A stretch of DNA of 18,112 nt. It comes from Zygophlyctis sp. KS116. Lineage: Eukaryota; Fungi; Chytridiomycota. The stretch is from contig BAAFSQ010000201.1 in assembly GCA_054661495.1 (NCBI GenBank), positions 1 to 18,112 of the forward strand, in the 5' to 3' direction. The translations under genes were made by a program, and so were the position numbers. Positions 7,815 through 17,895 of the stretch are shown one piece after another; position 1 is the first letter of the stretch; each line of letters starts with the position of its first letter. Below the pieces are notes generated by a model, which did no database searches, was not told where the DNA came from, and was given only the letters and a program-made list of their open reading frames with translations.

Positions 7815-10800
7815 TTATTCAATCATTTTCGCATCATCTTGAGTTAATTGATCACTAATAATTGATGAGCAGAGATTAAAAAACATATCCAAACGATTTT
7901 GCTCAACCATTTGAGAAATTGCAGTTTGATCCTTCTTATACTCTTCAAATAATCTTTTTATTTGTTCTGAAGAGAGTGAGCTATAATCTTCCGCCAAATT
8001 GTATATATTGATATCATTAGGTATTTCAGAAGGAATGACTACCAGCCAATCGTGACAAGAAACATCATCACGATCATCCACTAAAAATTAAACGATTATA
8101 AGTATCCTTACTCCTATAGTACAGTATTGAAAGACATTCATAAAGGGGTGTTTCTTGGATGTTATTTTTGATCTGAGCATCAGACATTCTCTTTGCTTTA
8201 GAATCAAATGTAGCCCAACTATGACTTTAAAACACAAAAAAATACTCTGTCGCCAATAGTATACGCCTCCATAGACGATGAAGAATATGATTTATTGAAG
8301 TCATATCTTTTGCATTTCTGAAGATAATTTCTAGACCAGTCCTATAGCCCAAAACATTTATGGCATCATCGCGCAACGTGCATAAGTCTATTAATTCTTG
8401 ATAAGATAAGACAAATCCATTCATCAGCTTCTTTAAATGATTTGAGCATATCATATAGCTCAATGGATTTTCATGTAAACATTTTTTGAACTTTTGGGCC
8501 AAAATCTTGTCTAACAATTCGTGTGATGTTAGCGAAGCTCTAGAAAAGAGTAATTGAGATTCAGTCAAGTCATTTAAGAGCATATCTAATATGTAGGAAT
8601 GTAAATTTAAAAATTCCAAACTTCTCTCAAAACCTAATTTATAAATCAATATAAATTACTTTCAATCGTTTCTTGAGCAAATGTGGTTTCTGTTCCGAAA
8701 TGTGCCACAAAACACAGTTTACATAATCTCAGAGCTACCTAAATAGTGACTTTAAAATCGAAAACCTACCTTTTTCTTTTCAATCACCTTTTCACTGTTA
8801 GATACAACCAATAAATTTTCGTAGGCTTTATCAAATCTTTCACCACGAATATTTTGAATCCATGCAAGGCTGGGGATATTTGCAGATTCCAAAAACAAGT
8901 TCAAATATAGCTCAAACTCATCATCTTGATTCAATAATTCATAGTACATTCCTAACTTTTAATCGAAACAAAATACCTTCTTCATGATATATTGAAAACA
9001 ATGTGTTCGTAAACTGTTCTTGGTATCTTTCTGTATAATCTCTTATCCTGGATTTTTTGTTAGCATCACCCATAGATAGAATCGCCAAAATTTTCAGATT
9101 ATGGTACTTTTCAGCTAGAAGAAACGCATCTGATTTGCGACTGTGATGAACTAATAATGAATTCTTTAATGTTTTTTACCTAATGGCAAAATTACTTTCT
9201 CCTGAATTTTTTCTACCAATGCTTTATACTTCTCTAGCTCTTTTTCAGAGGATGATGTAGATAATCTAAAAATGAGCATGAAAATTTGATACAATTCCAA
9301 GAAAAATATTCTCTCGCACAAAGAGCCGATTAAGTTGTCTCCAATATCAACTAATTGTGTGCGTAATTCTGAAAGTAGAAGTGATGGTGACTCCCTTATG
9401 GTTTTGGCTGATTGAAACTCCTGATCATCTTTAAAAGAGTCTGGAAAAGAGTTCAAAGTTGATTCTAAAAGTTCATATTGAGCGCGCAATTCTTCAATTA
9501 ATGAGGGGGAAGCAAGCCATGGCTCAACTGAAGAATAAGAACCTATTCCGTAGAAATGAGAATTTTCCACTCGATACTTTTTAGCATTTAAATACATGAT
9601 CTAATATGTAAGACAATAATTGCAAAATTATACATTGATTAATTTACTGCCCTGATATATTCTTAGCGCGAAATCTAAGGAGAATTCCTTTGGCACATTA
9701 TTAAAAAGAGGAAGGCGTATAATATGAACTAGTCGAACAATATCAGAGATATAAAAAATGAAAAAATCACGGACAGGATCCTCCAAATCCCCCTTCCCCC
9801 TCATGAATTCCAAAATGGCAACCGACAACGCTCCTTCCCAACCATCATAAATTACAGCATCACTAAAAATTCAAACGGCTAGTGATCATACCTACGAATA
9901 GAATTTTCATATTCCCATAATGCATGACCAGCCGCAAGCTTTTCAGCATTGAACATCAGCTTCCATCTGACTTTATCGGAAATCTACAATTAAACCTTCA
10001 TGAAATATATACAGATTCTAATAGCTGATTTTCTGACACAAAGCCTATTATTCTTGCCACCCTTGACAATCGATCCTGAAGTTGTGAATATAAGTCCAGT
10101 GAAGGATGAATGTAATTGGAATCTAAAAATTATGATATCGAAAATACCCATTGACACAATTGAATCACTTATATCTAGACATACTTTTTCTAAATCACCT
10201 TTCATGGTGCGTATATCAAAAGATAATGGATTTGAAAATGACTACAAGTTAATCTTCAAATAACATACCTCGTTTTTTACTCCAAAAAAAATAGCCTGTT
10301 CGAGCAATAATTTAAGCTTCTGAGTGGACGATTCCTATGATCAAATCAGCAACTAAATAATTACCGCAGATCGTTCCTTTGAAGGAGAATATATCCATGA
10401 AGAATTAGCTTCTATTTTTAAGACACCGGACACTGAATCAGAGCAGATGACTATTGCGCCACACTTCTCATTTATTTCTCTGGAAATGCCTTTGCTATAA
10501 TATGTTCCAAATCCCAGTAGTCTGTTTTCAGGATCTTGAATGTTCACAATTTGATCAAAAGAAACATCTTAAATTTAAAGAGACTCAAATACCTGTTACA
10601 GTTGAGATGATTTCAATAGAATTCTGAAAAAAGGCATATAATATCGAGCCCCCTTCAACTACACTGATCCGCGCTCTATTTCCATACAAAGTTGGATTAC
10701 AGAAAGAGAGCTGCTGCTTATCAACAATGTATGGATCTGGGTCCAACTTTAGATGAACCAAGACAAAGTATATCTCGTCGTCCATAAGAAGCTTACATAG

Positions 10801-11722
10801 ACATATCAAATTTCCTCGTGAAAAATCTGCATCTTCAATCTGAACCTCGAGTTTGCCAAAACTAGTATCTTGAGACAAATCCCTAGAAACACTTTTTCTA
10901 ATAAGATCTACAAGATTATATTCTGCTATAAACTATAATTAATCCTCTAAAAAGTACACGATCCTGATTTCCTGAAATTAACCACTTTTGATACCCAAAT
11001 CTTGATACAACCAAAACCTCTCTTCTCTTTAAAAAATCTATGCATACCTTGAATCAGCAAATGGTAATACTGCCACTGTAAAATCTTTAACATCTTGGGA
11101 AACTGAAAATATTAAGGATAAAAGCGGTTTTGGCTTGGAAAGCTTTGAAAATTCCAACACGGTTGCTTCTTTTGCAACAATATTAATCTTGTAAAGCTGA
11201 AAATTTGTAGCCAGAATAAAGGATGATGTCTATAGAGTAAATTATTGCTATGAGTAAAATTACTGAAACTTGATGAAAAGCTTGCAAATCTTCCCCATCC
11301 GAAAATGGTAGAGACACTTTAACACAAGCATTAACTCCCATGGCTATATTCTCCCAATACATGACATCTCCGTTAGAATTCCCAGCTATTAAGCCAATAA
11401 CTTCACTTGATGCCACAAAAGCTACAAGAGTACATGACGCATCAGGCACAGAAAACAACAAATGATTACGCCCCTATATGTTAGGAATCAATACTACATT
11501 TATATAATCCCAGACACATATATTTGAAGCAAGAGTCATGCATGCAAGTCCAGCCCTTGGCAAAACAGAAGCTACAGAATTTTGAGTTGAAGGCAGCGGC
11601 AACGGATTCAACAAAACCACTGAATGAGAGTCCGAAGCCAATAATATTTTGTGCTCATGTTCCTTGATGGTCTTGTCTGCTACTTTTTCATGATGAACCT
11701 TGCGAGGAGTTTTAGAAAACAT
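7815..11722 (-). CDS. NUP133: Nucleoporin Nup133 (about 18 introns, 24-34 nt)
   Basis: Continuous spliced frame with N-terminal propeller motifs CVWDY and GDVMYWENI, and helical-domain motifs LEQAIFFG, AEKLAAGHALW, DPVRDFF, EPW, AFLLAEKY, LAWIQNI and LWRRILL. Confidence 0.88.
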
Positions 11723-11852
11723 TTCAATGCAGCTTCCTGAGCCTCCCCTTTGTACTGTAGGATCTGGTCTATCGCTAGTTTAGTAGCAAGGTTTCGGACA
11801 GAATTTGAAAGTGTCAGGAGAGTTCAATGGACCTTCTCCTACAATACAAAAA
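11723..11852. promoter_or_regulatory. Probable bidirectional promoter between NUP133 and U2AF2 (130 bp)
   Basis: Head-to-head spacer; contains TTCGGACA at 11793-11800. Confidence 0.55.
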
Positions 11853-13362
11853 ATGGACACTCCGCTGCTCTCAAATCTTCAAAGGGAAGTCGTCAAGAGA
11901 TCAGCAAACCAAGTCTCGGCTTATGGGGTCTCATATGACAGAGATCGGCATGATCCATACAGTAGAAAGGATGATAGAAGAGAGCCGCCAAGAGAAAGGA
12001 AGAGAGAAAGGCATAGAGAGAAAAAACGAAGAAGATCTGCTACTCCTGAACCAACTATTGTTGTTCCTTTACATAATAGGACTTCTAGATCTGGGGCTTG
12101 GGATAAAGTTCCTCCTGGATGTGAGGGAATGACTGTAAAACAAGTTAAAAATTCTGGGCTTTTTCCTCTCCCTGGGCAACCTGCAAAGAATACATACTTG
12201 GCTGCTACAGGTGGATTAACGGGTCTTCATGGGTACAATCCTGAAGTCTTTGGAACACTAAGTGCAATGGGCGCTGCTGGCATAAAGGCTAATCGTAAAT
12301 TGTATGTTGGGAATATAAATGGGAATATAAGAGAGGTATTATACGATTAAACTAATTTGTAGCTCACATTGACTGATTTCTTGAATGATTTGATTAAAAA
12401 GGCTAAAATTATGTCAAGTTCGTCAATTCCAGTAGTTTCAGCAGATATAAATAAGGAGAAAAATTATGCTATTGTAATGTTTCGTACAATGGAAGACGCG
12501 GATGCATCTTTGGCTCTGGATGGTATGAAATTTGAAGGCCGTCCTCTAGAAGTAAGAAGGCCAAAAGAAGGTGAAGATATGAATGCACGTAAGAAATTTA
12601 TAAACTTAATTTAGCTATATCAACTGCTGTATCAGATACTGTAAACAAAATCTTTGTAGGATCTATTCCTGTATTTTTGAATGAAGATCAGGTAATGGAG
12701 CTTTTAAAAGCATTTGGGGACTTGAAAGCTTTCAACTTGATTAAAGACTCGGCAACCGGTATCTCTAAAGGATTCGCATTTTGTGAATATGTTGATCTTG
12801 AAGTTTCTGATGTTGCCTGCCAAGGTCTAAACGGAATGGAAATCGGGGATAAAAAACTAATTGTTCAAAGAGCTTCTGCAACTGCTGCTGCTGCATTTGA
12901 AGTCGAGCAGCCTGCTGAAGTCGAGCTTCCGATGCTCCCAATCGATATACTTCAATCTATGATGGCTAATCCAGCTCCTCCGACTAAAATTTTGCTACTT
13001 TTAAATACAATGTGCGACGATGATTTAGTGGACGATCTTGATTATGAAGGTGAGGACTACAATTTGTTAAGTATATAGATATTTACAATGATATAATGAA
13101 GGAATGCTCCAAGTACGGGACTGTAGAGAAGATTCTAATTCCTCGTCCGAGCCCCATCGCAGACAAGGAAGATGTACAGTATGTTGTTCCCGGGGTAGGA
13201 AAGGTGTGATATATTTCTTCTGATAAGTAGATTTTCATTGTTTTCTCGACCGTAGAGGAGGCGGTAGAAGCACAAAAGAAGATTGCTGGACGTCAATACA
13301 ACGACCGGGCTATAATTACTGCATTTTTCGACGAAGGGAGATTTGAAAGAGGTGAAATTTAA
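11853..13362 (+). CDS. U2AF2: U2 snRNP auxiliary factor large subunit (U2AF65); introns 12336-12362, 12589-12614, 13050-13078, 13204-13230
   Basis: Arg-rich N-terminus, ULM (AWDKVPPG), RRM1 (RKLYVGNI), highly conserved RRM2 (FGDLKAFNLIKDSATGISKGFAFCEYVD...GLNGMEIGDKKLIVQRAS) and C-terminal UHM (ECSKYGTV..IPRP..GVGKIF..AGRQYNDR). The start is assigned to AAAAATGG at 11853 and is less certain. Confidence 0.95.
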
Positions 13363-13379
13363 TAAGAATTTAATTTCAT

Positions 13380-15102
13380 TTATTGCAAATCTTTTTCTAA
13401 TTCCGATATATCTATTGAATCCAAAAATGAATCATCATCTAGAACTACTTTCGTGGCCTTGAAGCTCGGGCTTGATTCCAAGTTAAGATTTGTTTTTCCT
13501 GGCTTAAGCATAGAGGTCGCCGTGTTCTTTTCGGTATCTTTGTCTTCTTCTTTTTCATCTTTTTCATCTCTTGAATAGTCAATAAAATTAAATATTACCT
13601 GTTTAGAACATGCTTTGGTGCAGTTTTTCTTCTTGCGAAAGGATCATAAGCCCGATCTCCTTTTTGTTTCTTTGCCAAAATTGAGGCCTTTTCCGCTTCT
13701 CTACCCTCTCGATAATTAATATCCCGGTTTTTGATATTAAGAGAAGTAAATTGCTCCAACTTGGTATCTTTTGTCGTTGCATCTTTGACCTTTTCATCTA
13801 AATTATCTAATTGCCTTCTCAAGTCAATTTGCTTTTCAACATCATTGTTTTCAACAGCTTCCTGATATTCTTGTTTTAAGCGTAATTTTTCCGAAGCAAT
13901 ATTAACAGGTAGCTTGTCATATGCCCTCTTCTTTTTCACCATTTCATCGATATCAGCCTAAAATTTTGGCTCAAATTTAATACTTACATTTGAAAATATA
14001 TAAGTTCTAGCCTTTAATAGCTCTTTTTCTTTCTTTTCGACATGATCTGTTTTAATTAACTTTTGACCATCAGTCTGAACTGTTTTAATATAACGATTCC
14101 ATTCAGCCTATGATTATGATCAAGGAAATACTTCAGTAATGTTTCCATTTGATGCCAAGTCCATCAAAAATTCCTTTTCAGCCTTTCCATGAGAAACATG
14201 CAACGTAGAATTAATCATCTGTTTCCCAAAACGATATGCTCTGTGATATTTCCCAATCCCTTTTATCATAATCATTTAATATACCCAACACCATAGCAAT
14301 TCTGTACACCTGTTCCTTCTTTTCTTTGTTCATACCTACAGCAATTCTCACTAAACATCCTATTTATAAGCTTTTAAAATCATACCTGTAACTGCACTTG
14401 AAAAAAACGGCGCATTCGCCCATTTTTCAATTTCTGACCTCTTCAATTGAATCTTTAAAGCATCCTCAAAGGTCGCTTCTGTATTTTTTCGAGGAATGGA
14501 ATCATTATTGTCTTCCTGATCATCTTCTTCATAGTAATTATCACTCTCTTCTATACTTTGCTGCCCATCACTTTCTATATCATCATCCTAGATATCATTA
14601 AAACTTTTTTACATAATGCGCCTTCTTCAATGCCCTATTTTCCCTCCGTTCTTTCAGTTTAGCTAATTCTACACCCTTTCCAGACTCCTTTTTCCTATTA
14701 GATCCTACAGATTATAATCATTAGTGCATACGCCTTCCCAGTTGCTCACCAATCCTAGCCTTGAGCTCCTGATGCTCATGAAGTAGATCGATCCGTTTTC
14801 TCCTTTCTGCAAGAATTGTTTCTCTCTCCAATTCCGTTAGAGAGGCCAGTCTTAAATGAGATTTCCAAAATTTACCTATTCCTATCTTTAGCATCGCCCA
14901 TCAAGTCTGGGCCCCACGTTTTTACATCAGCAAACGCATCGTCTTCCGAATCAGAGTCATCCGAAACAAGATCGCTCTCCTCAGAGTCACTCGCATAAGT
15001 CCTGCTATAAACCTAAAAAATATACTTTGCTCTTTTCCTTTTTTCCTTTTTAGGGGCAGCAGTTTGAGTTAGAGCCAACAATTCATCATCCAAATCTTCC
15101 AT
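13380..15102 (-). CDS. RTF1: RNA polymerase II-associated factor Rtf1 (Plus3 domain; 9 introns, 24-30 nt)
   Basis: N-terminus MEDLDDELLAL; histone-modification-domain motif WGPDLMGDAKDRNRLASLTELERETILAER; Plus3 motifs PFFSSAVTGCLVRIAVG..YRIA and HGKAEKEF; C-terminal DPFARRKT. Confidence 0.93.
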
Positions 15103-15278
15103 TCTTTCCGCCCTTCCCCTTACCAGTGAAATGAAATCAGACGAGTCAAAGATCCTTTAAAGATTCGTGGTCATGATCTGAGTACATTGCTCATAAATCA
15201 TGAATACATGCAAAAATACTGAAAAACTATAAAGAATAAACCTGCTCTATTACATCTAAAACTACAATTTTAAAAAAA

Positions 15279-15779
15279 TTAAAAATCATTTTCATGCCTA
15301 TTAAACTCTACCAAGAGAACTAGTAGCCTTGGAGCGAGCCTTTTAGTTCTCTTGACAATTTTGAGAAATAATACTAAATTCCCCACTAGGGCAAGGATGT
15401 AGGATATAATAGGGTTTTCCCAAATAAACAGAGCTGCTAGTACTGAAAGAGAAAAGTATAAATTGCAGTGTCTAAGAGTAAGAAAGGCTAGGCCTGGTAG
15501 CAATGATGTCCCAAAGCTCTTTAGGGAAAATATATATGCAGATAGAATTTGAATAGAAATATACCAAGTAATATAATTTCCCCAGGCGAGAATTACTGAA
15601 GCAAAAATTAAACTTGAAGGAATTGTAGAATAGACTTCAAGACAGACTTCACATTGGATTTTTTGTGAAATTACTTTCCATTTTTCCAAACATTTCAAGT
15701 GGATGAATTTCATAGAACCTTTACAGGCACAAGGTGAGATTAAATTACTTCCTTCAAAACATATTCTGCATTTGTCCAT
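15279..15779 (-). CDS. Intronless RING-CH (RINGv/MARCH-type) membrane E3 ubiquitin ligase
   Basis: CRIC..LISPCACKGSMKFIHLKCLEKW...CEVC (C4HC3) followed by several hydrophobic TM segments. Confidence 0.88.
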   Translation of the reverse strand: MDKCRICFEGSNLISPCACKGSMKFIHLKCLEKWKVISQKIQCEVCLEVYSTIPSSLIFASVILAWGNYITWYISIQILSAYIFSLKSFGTSLLPGLAFLTLRHCNLYFSLSVLAALFIWENPIISYILALVGNLVLFLKIVKRTKRLAPRLLVLLVEFNRHENDF

Positions 15780-15800
15780 AAAATTTCCGCGTTCGGATTA

Positions 15801-16049
15801 ATGAAGCCTAAACGTCCCTTTAACTTTCTAAACGGTAAAATTTTATCAAGGCTTAAATCAGATCAGCTCGCAGAGAGTAGGCGGTATCATGAGAAAAAAA
15901 TTGACACTCTCTCATCAGAATTGGCTAACCTCACCATTCCCGCTCCCCCAAAACTTGAACAAAGCCTGAGCAGCCACAAAAGAGTAAAATGGAGTGATTC
16001 TTTAATAGATAAACAGATAAATGTAAAAGATATCTACAAAAAAACTTAG
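15801..16049 (+). CDS. 82-aa hypothetical basic protein with a PP1-docking-like KRVKW motif
   Basis: The ATG-TAG ORF exactly fills the gap between RING-CH and WNK, and its stop overlaps the WNK stop. No family recognised. Confidence 0.5.
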   Translation: MKPKRPFNFLNGKILSRLKSDQLAESRRYHEKKIDTLSSELANLTIPAPPKLEQSLSSHKRVKWSDSLIDKQINVKDIYKKT

Positions 16050-17769
16050 GATTTCCCACTTCTAAAATTAATATTCCGGATAGAATTTTTATGCTTTCCG
16101 TATAAAGCATTACGAAGAGCTCGTCCAGCAAATACGGTTAATCCTCTAAAATTTAACAAGTAAAATTACAGATTGGGCCAATCTTCGTCATTCAGTTCTC
16201 GTAGGTCACCAATAGTCATTACATCTTGTTGGTGAAGTTTAACCAACCATTCAGAGGCTTTATCTAATCCGCGCTTGGTTGCTATTGCTACATCTTCCAC
16301 TAAATTTGTCACCAGGTCTTCATCATTATATTCCTTTAATGGAAATTCAAATTCTTCTGGCATTAAAGACATTTTACGAGGCAAGCTACCGAAAATGAAA
16401 TCTTCGGTACTTCTGCGTTGTGAGAACTCCATCTGATCATTCATATTGCTACTATATTGTCGAGACATTTCTCGCCTTTCATTTCTAGGGCGGTCTCCAT
16501 CATCTTCGTTGAAAGGCTCTTCTTTATTCAGTTCTCGAAGTATCTGTTTGATTTCTCCTGTAATTAATTGCTCATATTTTGCAGGTAAAACGCTCTCATG
16601 AATCTACTTTTAGATAGAAAATTATACCATTTCATTAACAACCTCTTCTGCCGTATCTGTTTCAACTAGAATTTCAGAAAAAAAAACTTACGGTTGAATT
16701 CAAACTTTACTGAAAGTTTATCCATCCCTTTAAACACGACTTGCATCGTCAAATGCGGCTTAGTGGCAAGTAATAAAACAACTTCCGGCTCAACTGCAAG
16801 AAAAGGATGTTCTATTATTTCCCTAGCAGAAAGCCTTTCAGACTCTTTTCCAATACAGTTATTAATTAGATCCAAAACTTCTGGATCCGTAACAGAATCT
16901 AGAATCTCTGGCTTTATACCCTAATTCTTGAGTCTTTATAAACAAACCATTGTAACCTTTTTGTATATCTGAGCCGCATTTTTACATTCACCATATGGAT
17001 ACTCACCAGTGACCTAACTTTAAACCTAAGCATGAACCTACCATCTCCAAGAGGGCCATCCCAAAGGCATAAATATCTACTTTTTCAGAGTACCCGTGTT
17101 CCTCATACATTTCCTTAATGTTACTAAATTTGAAAGAATACTGGCGCTAGAAACTCTGGAGTCCCAATCCTATTTTTTAAAAATTAAAAAAAAATACACT
17201 GTAGTCAACATCTTTCCCAATTTCATCTTTGAACTTCCCATATCCCCAATCTTAACCTCCCCATGAGCCCCATTAATCAAAATATTATCACACTTTTTCT
17301 AAATATTTGTCAAATACCTTTATATCCCTATGAATAATTGGAGGATTATGATAATGTAGATATGCCAATCCTTTTAAAATCTGACGAGCCCATCTCTTGA
17401 CAATTTTTAAATTTGGTGTTTGTAATTTTTTGATGTATCTTTTCTTTTAGTCTGAAAGAATTACTCTCTTAGAGTCCCAGAGGTCATTAATTCTGTGATG
17501 ATTATAAATTCATTATTCTGAAACCAACAATCGTGAAACTGAATGATATTTGGATGCTTGACCTTTTTTAAAATTTCAATTTCCTGCGCTAGTTCTGTGT
17601 AATCTGCTTTCTTGTTGCCAACATGACAAACATTCCACGCAACTTCTATTCCTTCTTCCATATCTATTCCCTTGTAAACTACTTTATACGCTCCCTTCCC
17701 CAGAAGTACATTAAGCTTCTTGTACCGGCTATTGGGACTGGCTTCTGTTGCAACTTCTGGAGCTTCCAT
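16046..17769 (-). CDS. WNK: WNK (with-no-lysine) protein kinase with PF2/autoinhibitory-like domain and C-terminal SAM-like domain (9 introns, 24-28 nt)
   Basis: [11 protein letters not shown] (Lys in subdomain I), [74 protein letters not shown], and post-kinase [19 protein letters not shown]. Confidence 0.95.
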
Positions 17770-17895
17770 TTTAGCAAGAAAAACTCTAGATTTAACCAAA
17801 AAAAAAGAAAAATTTGGAAAAGCTTAAATTTCCTCAAAATTATCTTGTGGTGCAGACGCGAATTACACTACAAATCTCTTTCAAATTCTTAAACT
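17770..17895. promoter_or_regulatory. Probable bidirectional promoter between WNK and the downstream membrane-protein gene (126 bp)
   Basis: Head-to-head spacer with a poly-A/T tract and GCAGACGCG. Confidence 0.5.

Noticed and set aside
11750-12132. Alternative-frame ORFs overlapping the U2AF2 5' end (11750-11938, 11827-12132)
   Set aside because: No recognisable protein features; they are probably shadows of a purine-rich exon. ATG 11827 could act as an upstream ORF only if the TSS lies before it, which cannot be determined here.
14588-14621. Possible GC-AG intron in RTF1 (AAG|gcgcat...)
   Set aside because: A canonical GT donor 9 nt further on gives a typical 25-nt intron in the same frame. 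No AT-AC or U12-type introns were seen anywhere in the window.
15130-15205. C/D-box snoRNA or SECIS element in the RTF1/RING-CH spacer
   Set aside because: There is no good C box (RTGATGA) and no recognisable rRNA guide, and the upstream gene has no in-frame TGA to recode.
184-17769. Fragmented ORFs read as pseudogenes, frameshifting or stop-codon reassignment
   Set aside because: Every interruption is resolved by a 23-34 nt GT-AG intron. TAA, TAG (DRC9) and TGA (SNX3, GT32) all serve as true stops, so the standard code fits.
617-17892. Antisense or off-frame ORFs at 617-874, 2888-3082, 3181-3456, 10000-10263, 13603-13797, 14398-14601, 14816-14998, 15931-16131, 16694-16924 and 17623-17892
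   Set aside because: They lie mostly within well-supported genes on the opposite strand or in another frame, and show no motifs of their own.
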